Shown here in pieces: positions 19,821 through 29,782 of a DNA stretch of 64,000 nt. Source of the DNA: Deltaproteobacteria bacterium (lineage in GTDB: Bacteria > Desulfobacterota > Desulfuromonadia > Desulfuromonadales > JAAYDE01); assembly GCA_012729375.1 (NCBI GenBank), contig JAAYDE010000035.1, positions 3,222 through 67,221 of the forward strand, given 5' to 3'. Numbering within the stretch: position 1 is the first letter of the stretch; the number at the start of each line of letters is the position of its first letter. The position numbers and the translations under genes are program-made. Under the pieces are notes generated by a model. The model ran no database searches and was not told where the DNA came from. It was given only the letters and a program-made list of their open reading frames with translations.

Positions 19821-20273
19821 ATGAAGAAGAAAGTCTTATCGGTTGGTGATCGGGTCGATGCCCGCTGCACAAAATGTCGCAAAGTCCTCAATCACACCAT
19901 TATCGCCATGGTTGAGGAGCGCCCCGCCCGTGTCCTGTGCAATACCTGCGGGGGAGAACACAATTACAAAGACCCCAGCCCCGTCACCCGCACTAAAACC
20001 AGCACGCCAGGCAGCAAAAAGGTTTCCAAAGCCAAAGCGGACATCAATAAAGCAGAACGGCAGTATTGGGAAAACATTCAATCCGACATGGACTCCTCCA
20101 AAGCCGTCAACTACGCCATGGACGGCCATTTCAACGTCGGCGTTCTGCTCAGCCATCCGGTTTTCGGCCTGGGCCTGGTACAGGAAACGATAGGAGTCAA
20201 CAAAATCCGCGTCCTGTTCCAGGAGGGCCAAAAGCTATTACGCTGCGCCACCGCCGGCCCTGACAGAAAATAA
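19821..20273 (+). CDS. Hypothetical protein: N-terminal C4 zinc ribbon plus C-terminal Tudor/DUF3553-like module
   Basis: 150 aa. C16-x2-C19-x20-C40-x2-C43, then a Lys/Ser/Thr-rich linker. The C-terminal FNVGVLLSHPVFGLGLVQETIGVNKIRVLFQEGQKLL resembles the F-x-V-G-x-x-V-x-H-x-x-F-G-x-G motif of PcrA/UvrD C-terminal Tudor and DUF3553 domains. GGGAG lies upstream of the ATG. Confidence 0.8.
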   Translation: MKKKVLSVGDRVDARCTKCRKVLNHTIIAMVEERPARVLCNTCGGEHNYKDPSPVTRTKTSTPGSKKVSKAKADINKAERQYWENIQSDMDSSKAVNYAMDGHFNVGVLLSHPVFGLGLVQETIGVNKIRVLFQEGQKLLRCATAGPDRK

Positions 20274-20443
20274 TTCACCATCTTTTGATTTCCGCCGGTT
20301 TTCTCCGTTACCCAGCCTCCCTGCAACCGCCGGCAGGGATCGTTAGGGGGTCTCCTGCCCGATCCCTGTCCTCCGCGCCGGGGGAAAATATCGATTTTTC
20401 CTGAATCCTCCCATTGACCGCGGGATTTCATTTTCAAGCCGGG

Positions 20444-23005
20444 TCAAACAATGGGCGGCTGGCTCGCCAATCCGCTTTCGTCCTTCTCAAAATACATATT
20501 GTTATCCGCTTCCTCCATCAGTTGTTCCAAAGTTTGCGGAGAAGAAGGATCGTAAACCGCACAACCGAAACACATCCCCTGAGGATACCGATATTCCGGA
20601 GAAAGATTGAGACGGGTTATTTTCTGCCGGATTTGATGAAGCCGTTCCTCGGCATGCCGTTTGTCGCAACCATAAAAAACAATCATGAATTCATCCCCGC
20701 CCATCCGGTAAATCTTGTCGGAAGAGCGAATCGCCTCGCGGATAAGATTGACCATGGTCACCAGATAATTGTCCCCTTCCTTGTGCCCGAAGGTGTCGTT
20801 GACATACTTGAGATCGTTGACGTCCCCGTAACACAGCACGAGAGGCTCCCCGGCGAGGCGCGCAGTTTCCATCATTTCTTCCACTTCGGGCTGAAAGTAT
20901 TTACGGACAATGGTTCCCGTCAGATGATCGATCCGGGCATCCTTCTGCATTTCGGCGACCCTTCTTTCATTGCGCCGGATACGGTGCTGCTGCAGGCAAA
21001 TCCCGCCGCAAAGCAGTAAAAAAACCGTCCCAAGGAAGACGGCCTTCCAGCGGTGTTCCCGCCAGAACCCTCTCGGAGCGTTGATGACGATACTTCCTTC
21101 CGGCAAGAGATGGGCGGCAATCCCAAAGCGCTCGAGGACCTCATGATCAAAAAAAGTGCGAAAAGGATGACTCCTGATCAGCGGGATCTGGGAAGCCTTT
21201 TCCCCATCCAATATTCGTGATCCCAGATGGGCGGCAAGGGTCCCCTGGTCATAACTGTAGGCCACGCTGCCCCCGACCACGCCCAGACCCAAGGTGTATT
21301 CGGAAAGGCTGAAGACCGGACGATTGCAGGCCGAAGTGATCGCCCGCAGGCTTTTTTCGATGCTGTAACGAACGTTGTTGCCATCCACATAATAGTTGAG
21401 AAAAAGGACGGCCGTTCGTCGATCAAGGGTGCTCAATTCCGCGAGCAATTCCTTCATCCCCATGGCGGGCACGAACCTGAAAGCGACAGGTTCTTTGATC
21501 CGGGGGAGCAGCTCTTCGATACGCCGCTGCATCTTAAGACCCGTTGTGGTGTGGTCGTTAATGAGCAGGATGGTATTTACCTGCGGATCAATCCTGAGAA
21601 TGGCGGCGACGGAACCCTGAAGATCGAAGGATTCAAGAACTCCGGTCATGTTCTCCTGATGGGGCGATTCCTGGTGGGACAGATGGTTGACACCGCAAAA
21701 GACAACGGGGGTGTCCTTGAACAGAATGGTGCGGAATTCGCGTAAAAAATCGAAGGCGTTGTCATCGGTGGAGATGACGAGGTCGAGGGTGCGATTGCCA
21801 TACTTGTAACGGAAAAGTTCAAACAATTGATGCACATACATCTTGTTGAAAAACCGCTTGGTGTCCATGTATTCAACAAAAATTTCGCCGATATCCCCAC
21901 GTTTCCGGAGAACCTCCTTCAACCCCCGGGCCATATTGATGGTCCAGCTGAACTCAGGATCATAGGAATGGAGGATCAGCACATCTTTTTGTCCACCCTC
22001 TTTATGATTCAGAATGATTGCGTCGCCAGGAAGGGAGGCGATGCTCAGTCCGAAACGCACCATTTGGCGGTAATCGAAAACCGGCTTCATCGGCCCGGGG
22101 ATGACGGGCATCGTGGCCGGGTCTTCACCGGCCAGCACTCTCAGGGCGATCTTTCCCGTCAGTGTGCCGTGAGCATAGCCTTCGTTGATGATGCCCCCCG
22201 TTACACCGTGATTGAGATAAAACTCGCTGAAACAGTAGACAGGAACCGTGCTGGCCTGGGAAATCCGGGGCATGACGGTTTCCGGGCTGTAGTAGTTCCC
22301 GGCGCAGTCCCGAAAGTAATTCAGCAAAAAAACCACTGTATCCCGGGGAAGGCGAGAAAGGTGAGATTCCAGTTCGGGAAGAGGCAATCCTTCCACAAAT
22401 TCGAACTCCAAATGCCCGGAAAAAACAGAGATGGCATCTTTTACTTCCTGCAGGCTGATCTGTCCGCTGACGGTGACATCGGTGACCACCGTCACTTTCT
22501 TCAATCCCGGATGAAGGCGTTGGATCAAGGCAAGGTTATCGGCGACGCGATGAACTTCCGTCACACCTGTGGCTTTTTTGAAGCCCTCCAGCATCTCCGG
22601 CTTGAAATTGTTGACACCGCAAAAAACCACCGGCGCGCCTCTGAAAAGCTGGTTTCGGAACCTTTTCAAAAAAGAAAAGGCGTTATCGTCCACTGCAACA
22701 ATCAGATCGAAATCCCACTTTTCATACTTGGCCCGGTAAAGAGAAAAGAGCGTTGAAAAGCTTGTTTCGGGAGGCACTCTCTTGGTGTCCATGTATTCAA
22801 CGACGACATAGGCGTCGGGGAGAGCTTTTTTTATTGTATTTTCGATACCATAGACTTCACCGTCGGACCACAGGTAGCCCATGTGGTAGGAGTTGATGAT
22901 CAAAACCTTCGCCCCGGCACTAACCGCAGCCTTTCCCGAGAGGGGAACGAAAAGCAGCAAAGCCAAAAACAATGCGGTCCTCAGCATTAAAAATCCCGTT
23001 TTCAT
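20444..23005 (-). CDS. Diguanylate cyclase with two tandem periplasmic ABC-substrate-binding-like sensor modules
   Basis: Signal/anchor sequence, then two ~300-aa repeats (VLIINSYHMGYLWSD...EYMDTKR and VLILHSYDPEFSWT...EYMDTKR). A TM helix follows (AVFLGTVFLLLCGGICL), then a GGDEF domain (RMGGDEFMIVF) with an RSSD I-site five residues upstream. Confidence 0.9.
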   Translation of the reverse strand: MKTGFLMLRTALFLALLLFVPLSGKAAVSAGAKVLIINSYHMGYLWSDGEVYGIENTIKKALPDAYVVVEYMDTKRVPPETSFSTLFSLYRAKYEKWDFDLIVAVDDNAFSFLKRFRNQLFRGAPVVFCGVNNFKPEMLEGFKKATGVTEVHRVADNLALIQRLHPGLKKVTVVTDVTVSGQISLQEVKDAISVFSGHLEFEFVEGLPLPELESHLSRLPRDTVVFLLNYFRDCAGNYYSPETVMPRISQASTVPVYCFSEFYLNHGVTGGIINEGYAHGTLTGKIALRVLAGEDPATMPVIPGPMKPVFDYRQMVRFGLSIASLPGDAIILNHKEGGQKDVLILHSYDPEFSWTINMARGLKEVLRKRGDIGEIFVEYMDTKRFFNKMYVHQLFELFRYKYGNRTLDLVISTDDNAFDFLREFRTILFKDTPVVFCGVNHLSHQESPHQENMTGVLESFDLQGSVAAILRIDPQVNTILLINDHTTTGLKMQRRIEELLPRIKEPVAFRFVPAMGMKELLAELSTLDRRTAVLFLNYYVDGNNVRYSIEKSLRAITSACNRPVFSLSEYTLGLGVVGGSVAYSYDQGTLAAHLGSRILDGEKASQIPLIRSHPFRTFFDHEVLERFGIAAHLLPEGSIVINAPRGFWREHRWKAVFLGTVFLLLCGGICLQQHRIRRNERRVAEMQKDARIDHLTGTIVRKYFQPEVEEMMETARLAGEPLVLCYGDVNDLKYVNDTFGHKEGDNYLVTMVNLIREAIRSSDKIYRMGGDEFMIVFYGCDKRHAEERLHQIRQKITRLNLSPEYRYPQGMCFGCAVYDPSSPQTLEQLMEEADNNMYFEKDESGLASQPPIV

Positions 23006-23649
23006 CTATAGGCGACAAAAAAAGTCAAAATTCAAATTTTTTAAAATCATTCTTAATCTTTTGCAAAAGATGGGCCCACGGCAAATGGTTTTCCGCCTTT
23101 TAGTTCACCTACCGAAACCCCAAAGCGACTCCCGGTCCAAAATCCTTTCAAATCCTCGGCGACTTTCTGCCTGACAAAACGCTTCAACAACGCCCTATCT
23201 CCCCAGAACCCAGGCCAACTCCTTGGTGCTGGCGAAGAAAAAGGAGTCTGCTGTTCCCTTCTGCGCCCATGGTGCCGGTTCACCACCGACACCACCATCA
23301 GCCATTGAATCAGGATTTCATCCTGAAGGATGGTCCGGGCATGGAAGCAATCTCCCCTCTGCCATCAACTGCCGACTCGGACAGGAAAATCATTGCCGGT
23401 CTGGGTCAAATCCCTTTCCGGATTTGAATAGAATGATCCGCCTTCCCACAAAACCCGGACCGCTAGCCTGTCCGGGGCAAGCCGCCGTCATCCGTTCTTG
23501 GGCACCCGCAACCTTACCAGGCGATTGCCGAAACAGGTCTCGGAAGGTATTTTCCCCAACATACTACTTCTTTTGTTTCTTTTCTTTACAAAACCCTGTT
23601 TAAAGTCACTTTTTGTGAAAATTGTCATTTATTTAAAGCAAATCTTCCG

Positions 23650-23677
23650 TTGACATTCCTCATCATTTCTTTATACT
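23650..23677 (+). promoter_or_regulatory. Putative sigma70 promoter of the ABC/CoA-ligase operon
   Basis: TTGACA (23650-23655), a 16-nt spacer, then TATACT (23672-23677), about 28 nt upstream of the first ATG. Confidence 0.55.
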
Positions 23678-23704
23678 CGGAAAAAAATCAAACAAGGTTT
23701 GTTT

Positions 23705-24484
23705 ATGAAAGATAAGCCTTTTTTAGAGGTCAGGAACATCTATCTCAGTTTCGGCGGCATCATGGCCATCGCCGGTGTGAGTTTCCATGTCAACAGGGGA
23801 GAAATCTTCTCCATCATCGGTCCCAACGGCGCCGGGAAAACCAGCATCCTCAACACCATATCGGGCATCTATCCTCCCGAAAAAGGGGCGATTTTCTACA
23901 ACGGCGAGGAGATAACCCGGCTCCCGGTTCACCAACGGCCCCAGCACGGGGTGGTGCGCACCTTCCAGAACCTGGAACTCTTCAAAGGAATGACGGTCCT
24001 CGACAACCTGATGCTCTCCCGCCACATCTACATGAAATACGGTCTGCCCTCCGCCATCCTTTGGTTCGGAAAGGCGCAACGGGAAGAAGTCGCCCACCGT
24101 CAGAGAGTGGAAGATGTGCTGGATTTTCTGCAGCTGACCCATATCCGCAAAAAACATGTCTTTGAACTTTCCTACGGCCTCCAGAAACGGGTTGAGCTGG
24201 CACGGGCACTGTGCCTGGAACCGAAGCTTCTGCTGCTGGACGAGCCGATGGCCGGCATGAACAGTGAGGAGACCGAGGACATGGCCCGCTACGTCATCGA
24301 CCTCAACGAGGAGATGGGGATCACGGTGATCCTTATCGAACATGACATGAAGGTGGTCATGGACCTCTCCAGCCGGGTGGTGGCCATCGACTTCGGTGAG
24401 AAGATCTGTGAAGGGTTGCCCAAAGAGGTGGCCGCTAATCCCCGGGTGCTCTCCGCCTATCTCGGCGAGGAAAAATGGCTATGA
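23705..24484 (+). CDS. HAAT-family ABC transporter ATP-binding protein (LivG-like)
   Basis: Walker A GPNGAGKTS, signature LSYGLQKRVELARAL, Walker B LLLLDEPMAG. LivG-type C-terminus NPRVLSAYLG. Confidence 0.9.
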   Translation: MKDKPFLEVRNIYLSFGGIMAIAGVSFHVNRGEIFSIIGPNGAGKTSILNTISGIYPPEKGAIFYNGEEITRLPVHQRPQHGVVRTFQNLELFKGMTVLDNLMLSRHIYMKYGLPSAILWFGKAQREEVAHRQRVEDVLDFLQLTHIRKKHVFELSYGLQKRVELARALCLEPKLLLLDEPMAGMNSEETEDMARYVIDLNEEMGITVILIEHDMKVVMDLSSRVVAIDFGEKICEGLPKEVAANPRVLSAYLGEEKWL

Positions 24485-26367
24485 CAGGGACCCTTCCGCA
24501 CTTTGTCCTGGAGAATATGCGCCGTCACCCGAACAAGGCCGCGCTACGGGAAAAAGACCATGGCATCTGGCAGGAACTGAACTGGCAGGCTTTTGCTGAA
24601 AAGATCGTGTGTCTGGCGCGCTACTTTGAAACCGCCGGTTTGCAGAGTGGCGAAAACATCGCCATCATCGGCGACAACAAGCCGGAATGGGTGATCGCCG
24701 AATTGGCCGCGCAACTGCTGGGGGCCATCCCGGTGGGAATCTATCAGGATTCGGTCAGCGCCGAAGTGCAATACCTGCTGGAGGCTTCCGATTCGGCCAT
24801 CGTCGTCGCCGAGGATCAAGAGCAGGTTGACAAGGCTCTCGACATCCACGACCAACTCCCGCGCCTGCGCAAAATCATTTATTACGATGACCGCGGCATG
24901 TACCAGTACCGTCATGAAATCCTGATCCATTTCGACCAGGCCCTGCAAGCCCACCCCCTTTGCGGAGAAAAGGTCGCGGCCTACCTGGCTGAGAAAACGG
25001 CGGCGCTTTCGGAAGACGATGTGGCGATCATGTGTACCACCTCGGGCACGACCGCCAAGCCCAAGCTTGCCATGCTCACCCACCGCAACCTGCTGTTCAT
25101 GGCCGAAAGCCTGGCGGAGGCCGACCCCAAGTTCGCCGAGGACGAGTTTGTCTCCTTTCTGCCACTCCCCTGGATCGGGGAACAGATGATGGGCGTGGTC
25201 AGCGCCCTGCGCTTCGGCTTCACCGTCAATTTTCCGGAAAGCGCCGAGACGATGCAGGCCGACATGAAAGAAATCGGGCCGCACTTCGTTTTCTCGCCGC
25301 CACGGGTCTGGGAAAACATGGCGTCGACGGTGCAGATGAAGATTATGGACGCCTCTTTCCTGAAACGCTTCGTTTACAACCTTTTGCTGCCCGTCGGCTA
25401 TAAGTACGCCGCATGCAAATTCACCCAAAGCGACCCGGGTTTGGCCCTGCGCCTGAGTTACCGTCTGGCTTATCTACTGCTGTTCCGAAAACTCAAAGAG
25501 CGACTCGGCTTCTCCTTTTTGCGCAGCGCCATGAGCGGCGGCGCCGCCCTCGGCCCCGACACCTTCAAGTTCTTTCACGCTCTCGGCATTAATCTGAAAC
25601 AGATCTACGGACAGACCGAGATCTCGGGGATCTCCTGCATCCACCGCAATGACGATATCGATTTCACCTCCGTGGGAAGGCCGATCCGCGGCACAGAAAT
25701 CCGCATCACCGCGGAAGGGGAGATCGTGTCCCGCAGCGATGCGGTATTCGTCGGCTACTACGGCAACCCCGAAGCGACGGCGGAAACCATTGTCGACGGC
25801 TGGCTTCACTCGGGCGACGCCGGCTACTTCGACGAGGCCGGCAAGCTGGTGGTCATCGACCGGCTCAAGGATCTGATGTACCTCAACAACAGCACCCGCT
25901 TTTCCCCCCAGTTCATCGAGAACAAGATCAAGTTCAGCCCCTACATCAAGGAGGCCGTGGCTCTCGGCGACAAGCGCGATTTCATCACCCTCATCCTCAA
26001 CATCGATATGGGCATCGTCGGCAAATGGGCGGAGAACAACCGCATCGCCTATACCACCTACACCGATCTGGCGGCCAAGGAAGAAGTCTACGGGCTTATA
26101 GCCGAAGAGGTCAGAAAGGTGAACACCCAGCTGCCGAAAGAAACCCCGGTGAAGAAATTTGTTTTGCTTTACAAGGAGCTGGACGCCGACGACGGCGAAT
26201 TGACCCGGACCCGCAAGGTGCGGCGCGGCTTCATCGAGGAAAAATACCGGGCAATCGTGGCCGGACTCTACAGCGATAGGAGCGAGATCAGCGTCCAGGC
26301 GACAATCCGCCTGCAGGACGGACGGGAGCGGACCCTGAATACGACGATGCGGCTCCATAGCCTGTGA
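24475..26367 (+). CDS. AMP-forming long-chain acyl-CoA synthetase-like enzyme
   Basis: 630 aa. Intact adenylate-forming P-loop TTSGTTAKPK, plus YGQTE, GWLHSGDAGYFDEAGKLVVIDRLKDLM and RKVRR. The start overlaps the LivG-like stop by 10 nt. Confidence 0.9.
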   Translation: MAMTGTLPHFVLENMRRHPNKAALREKDHGIWQELNWQAFAEKIVCLARYFETAGLQSGENIAIIGDNKPEWVIAELAAQLLGAIPVGIYQDSVSAEVQYLLEASDSAIVVAEDQEQVDKALDIHDQLPRLRKIIYYDDRGMYQYRHEILIHFDQALQAHPLCGEKVAAYLAEKTAALSEDDVAIMCTTSGTTAKPKLAMLTHRNLLFMAESLAEADPKFAEDEFVSFLPLPWIGEQMMGVVSALRFGFTVNFPESAETMQADMKEIGPHFVFSPPRVWENMASTVQMKIMDASFLKRFVYNLLLPVGYKYAACKFTQSDPGLALRLSYRLAYLLLFRKLKERLGFSFLRSAMSGGAALGPDTFKFFHALGINLKQIYGQTEISGISCIHRNDDIDFTSVGRPIRGTEIRITAEGEIVSRSDAVFVGYYGNPEATAETIVDGWLHSGDAGYFDEAGKLVVIDRLKDLMYLNNSTRFSPQFIENKIKFSPYIKEAVALGDKRDFITLILNIDMGIVGKWAENNRIAYTTYTDLAAKEEVYGLIAEEVRKVNTQLPKETPVKKFVLLYKELDADDGELTRTRKVRRGFIEEKYRAIVAGLYSDRSEISVQATIRLQDGRERTLNTTMRLHSL

Positions 26368-26556
26368 ACGGCTTCACCGGATATTCATCTGCCCCGATGG
26401 ATTGGAGATGACGCTTCACCTTACGCCACTGCGGCGCGCCATTGAAATGAGTGGTTCCGCGGAGCCGCTTTGATTGTTCCCCGCAGCGACGCAATCGGTA
26501 CGAGAGGGATATTTGAAAAAAAACAGCCAAACTTCACCCAAGCAGCGGGTAGCCCT

Positions 26557-27441
26557 ATGAACCTTTTTCTGCAACTTCTGGTCACCGGCATTGTTATCGG
26601 CAGCATCTACGCCCTTTTGGCCCTGGGCTTCACCCTCATCTACAAGGCCACCGACGTAGTCAACTTCGCCCAGGGGGAGTTGCTTTTGGTCGGCGCCTAT
26701 ATCTGTCTCCATACCACGGTCACCTACCGGGTTCCGTTCTTTGCCGCTTTTGCCCTGACCCTGGCCTTCACCTTCCTGATGGGTTTTCTTATCGAAAAAA
26801 TCTTTCTGCGGCGCATGATCGGGGAGCCGATCATCGCCATCATCATGCTGACCATCGGTCTTTCCTCGGTGATGCGCTCCCTCGTCATCATTGTCTGGGG
26901 AACCGACACCCGCACCTTCCCCGAGGTCTTCTCCCAGGTGCCGGTGGTGATCTTCGGCCTCAGCATCAGCCGGGTCTATCTCTATTCCATTTTTGCCGTT
27001 GCGATCTTTCTTGGACTCTTCTCCCTCTTTTTCAAGAAATCGAAAATCGGCGTGGCCATGCGGGCGGTGGCCTGCGACCAGCAGGCAGCCCTGTCCATGG
27101 GCATCGACGTCAAGCGGATCTTCGCTCTTTCGTGGGCAATCGCGGCGGTGGTCTCGGCGGTGGGAGGAATCTTCCTCGGCAACATCAATGGCATCAACAC
27201 CTCCCTGGCCCATTTCGGCCTCAAAGTCTTTCCGGTGGTGATCCTGGGAGGTCTTGACAGCATCGCCGGAGCCATCGTCGGCGGCCTGATCATCGGCATT
27301 CTGGAGAACCTGGCCGGAGGCTACCTTGATCCCCTCATCGGCGGCGGAGCCAAGGAACTGTTCCCGTTCATCATCATGGTGCTGGTACTCATGATCAAGC
27401 CGTATGGTTTATTCGGCACAGTGAAGGTTGAGAAGGTATGA
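26557..27441 (+). CDS. HAAT-family ABC permease (LivH-like)
   Basis: Start trimmed to MNLFLQLLVTGIVIGSIYALLALGFTLIYKA, a typical LivH N-terminus. Multi-TM protein. Confidence 0.9.
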   Translation: MNLFLQLLVTGIVIGSIYALLALGFTLIYKATDVVNFAQGELLLVGAYICLHTTVTYRVPFFAAFALTLAFTFLMGFLIEKIFLRRMIGEPIIAIIMLTIGLSSVMRSLVIIVWGTDTRTFPEVFSQVPVVIFGLSISRVYLYSIFAVAIFLGLFSLFFKKSKIGVAMRAVACDQQAALSMGIDVKRIFALSWAIAAVVSAVGGIFLGNINGINTSLAHFGLKVFPVVILGGLDSIAGAIVGGLIIGILENLAGGYLDPLIGGGAKELFPFIIMVLVLMIKPYGLFGTVKVEKV

Positions 27442-27519
27442 GCCGGCCTCGGCGCAGGCTGACCGCCAATTTTTGACGACAACATGGCGAATTGTTAAGG
27501 CATTGCGGAAACCATTGAC

Positions 27520-28572
27520 ATGAATTACACAAATTGCGGCAACTTCAAATGCAGTTACGAAAAGGACGCGGCCCTTTTCCAGACCCTTTTCTCCAGGATC
27601 TGCATCGGCGCATTTCTGCTGCTGCTGGTGATTGTACCGTTTCTGCTGGATCATTATTTCATCTATATCCTCAACATGATCCTGATCGCCGTTATCGGCG
27701 CGGCTGGACTCAACATTTTGACCGGCTTCACCGGCTTGATCTCCCTCGGTCAAGGAGCCTTCATGGCGGTAGGAGCCTTCGGCGCCGGTTGTCTCTCCAA
27801 CCGGTTCGGATTGCCCTTTTACCTCGCCATCCCGGCGGCAGGGGTCATTGCCGCCCTGGTCGGCGCATTCTTCGGCATCCCCTCGTTACGGCTCAAGGGA
27901 CTGTATCTCTCCATCGCCACCCTGGCGGCCCAGTTCATCATCGAATTCATCATTATCCGCGCCGAACCGATCACCGGCGGCGTACAGGGGCTCTCCATCG
28001 ATTACGCCAGCTTCTTCGGCGTCGCCATCAATGACGATTTCCGCTTCTATTGGTTGGCGTTGCCGCTGGCTGTCGCCATGACCCTGGCCGCCGCCAATAT
28101 CGTCCGCTCCAAGATCGGCCGCGCCTTCCTGTCGGTGCGGGACAACTACATCGCCGCCGAAGCGATGGGGATCAACCTGTTCCGCTGCAAGCTTACAGCC
28201 TTTGCCATCAGCTCTTTCTACGCCGGGGTGGCAGGTTCGCTGTGGGCCTATTACACCACCATCGTGACCGTGGAAAACTTCACCATCATGGTTTCCATCC
28301 AGTATCTGTCCATGATTATTATCGGCGGGCTCGGTTCCATCCTGGGAAGTATCTTCGGGGCGACCTTTCTGATCGTGCTGCCGGAAATTCTCCAGTCCCT
28401 CTCCAACATGGCGGCCGGGCAGTACCCGGCCATTTCCCAGATTGTGGGCGCCCTCAAGGAGATGGCCTTCGGCCTGGTTATCATCCTGTTCCTTCTTTTC
28501 GAGCCGGAAGGACTGGCGCGGCGCTGGCGACTTATCAAAGCCTATTGGAAACTCTGGCCTTTTTCCTATTGA
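27520..28572 (+). CDS. HAAT-family ABC permease (LivM-like)
   Basis: 350 aa. AAGLNILTGFTGLISLGQGAFMAVGAF is typical of LivM. Confidence 0.9.
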   Translation: MNYTNCGNFKCSYEKDAALFQTLFSRICIGAFLLLLVIVPFLLDHYFIYILNMILIAVIGAAGLNILTGFTGLISLGQGAFMAVGAFGAGCLSNRFGLPFYLAIPAAGVIAALVGAFFGIPSLRLKGLYLSIATLAAQFIIEFIIIRAEPITGGVQGLSIDYASFFGVAINDDFRFYWLALPLAVAMTLAAANIVRSKIGRAFLSVRDNYIAAEAMGINLFRCKLTAFAISSFYAGVAGSLWAYYTTIVTVENFTIMVSIQYLSMIIIGGLGSILGSIFGATFLIVLPEILQSLSNMAAGQYPAISQIVGALKEMAFGLVIILFLLFEPEGLARRWRLIKAYWKLWPFSY

Positions 28573-28618
28573 TCCGAACCAAAAACCAGGATCACCGACC
28601 TTTAAAAAGGAGGATGAG

Positions 28619-29761
28619 ATGAAAAAGCTTGTCGTTTTTGCATCAGCTCTGCTGCTGGTCTGGCAGACAGCCTGGGCCGCTTCGGTAAAAATCGGCGTCT
28701 TGATGGATGAATCAGGCGGCACCGGCGATGTCGGCAAGCCCTACGGGGAGGGGATCAAGGACGCCGTGCTCTGGTTCAACGACAACGGCGGCATTAACGG
28801 CGACAAAATCGACATGATCTATGTCGATTATGCCTACAAAATCCCCCAGGCGATCAGCGCCTACAAACAATTCAAACGTCAAAACGTGGTCGCCGTTCAC
28901 GGCTGGGGGACCGGTGACACGGAAGCGATGGTGAAGTTCGTCACCGAGGACAAGATTCCTTTCTTTTCCGCTTCCTACTCCCAGCACCTGACCGAGCCCG
29001 ACAAGGCGCCTTACAACTTTATCGTCGGCCCCACCTACGGTGACCAGACCACGGCAGCCCTGAAATACATCCTCGGACACAGCAAGGATAAGACCGTCGC
29101 TTTCCTCTACAATGATTCAGGTTTCGGCCGCGCTCCCTTTTTTCCCCACGGCCAAAACAAAACCGCGGAACTCGGCGTCAAACTGGTGGATACCCAGGTG
29201 ATCGGGCTCAAGGATCTCGACGCCACCAGCCAGCTGCTGAACATGAAAAAGGCCGATCCGGAATACGCCCTGATTCAGCAGACCTACATGGCGACCTCTA
29301 CCATCCTCAAGGATTCGGCCAAGCTCGGCTTGAGAACCCAATATATCGGTCTCAACTGGACCCTGGGGGAAAAGCTCATAGAACTGGTCGGCGACATTGC
29401 TGAAGGCTACATGGGAACCAGCGGTTTTGCCTTTTGGGACAACGAAGAGGTGGAGGGGATCCGCTTCCTCAGGGAGCTGAACAAAAAGTACCATCCGCAG
29501 ATAACCTTCCGTCCGGTCAATTACATTCAGGGGTTTTCCTCCATGTATGTCCTCCTCTCCGGCCTGAGGATGGCCGACAAAGACTACAGCGGTGAAAACC
29601 TCAAGAAAGTCTTCGAAAGCATGAAGAATTTCAATACTATGGGGCTGACCGCACCGGTGACCTTCAGCCCGGAAAGCCACGCCGGAGTCAACGCCATGAA
29701 GATCTACCGCATCGAACAGGGGAAAATCAAGCCGATCACAGATTATATCTACGCCGAGTAA
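28619..29761 (+). CDS. Periplasmic substrate-binding protein (LivK/Peripla_BP_6-like)
   Basis: Start trimmed to MKKLVVFASALLLVWQTAWA (signal peptide) with GGAGGA upstream. KIGVLMDESGGTGDVGKPYGEGIKDAV is typical of type-I Leu/Ile/Val-like binding proteins. Confidence 0.9.
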   Translation: MKKLVVFASALLLVWQTAWAASVKIGVLMDESGGTGDVGKPYGEGIKDAVLWFNDNGGINGDKIDMIYVDYAYKIPQAISAYKQFKRQNVVAVHGWGTGDTEAMVKFVTEDKIPFFSASYSQHLTEPDKAPYNFIVGPTYGDQTTAALKYILGHSKDKTVAFLYNDSGFGRAPFFPHGQNKTAELGVKLVDTQVIGLKDLDATSQLLNMKKADPEYALIQQTYMATSTILKDSAKLGLRTQYIGLNWTLGEKLIELVGDIAEGYMGTSGFAFWDNEEVEGIRFLRELNKKYHPQITFRPVNYIQGFSSMYVLLSGLRMADKDYSGENLKKVFESMKNFNTMGLTAPVTFSPESHAGVNAMKIYRIEQGKIKPITDYIYAE

Positions 29762-29782
29762 ATCTTTGCCGGGATTTGTCGA

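Noticed and set aside
23053-23603. ORFs 23053..23298(-) and 23223..23603(+) as real genes.
   Set aside because: They overlap each other and have neither SD nor motifs. They are kept only as part of the unexplained-gap finding.
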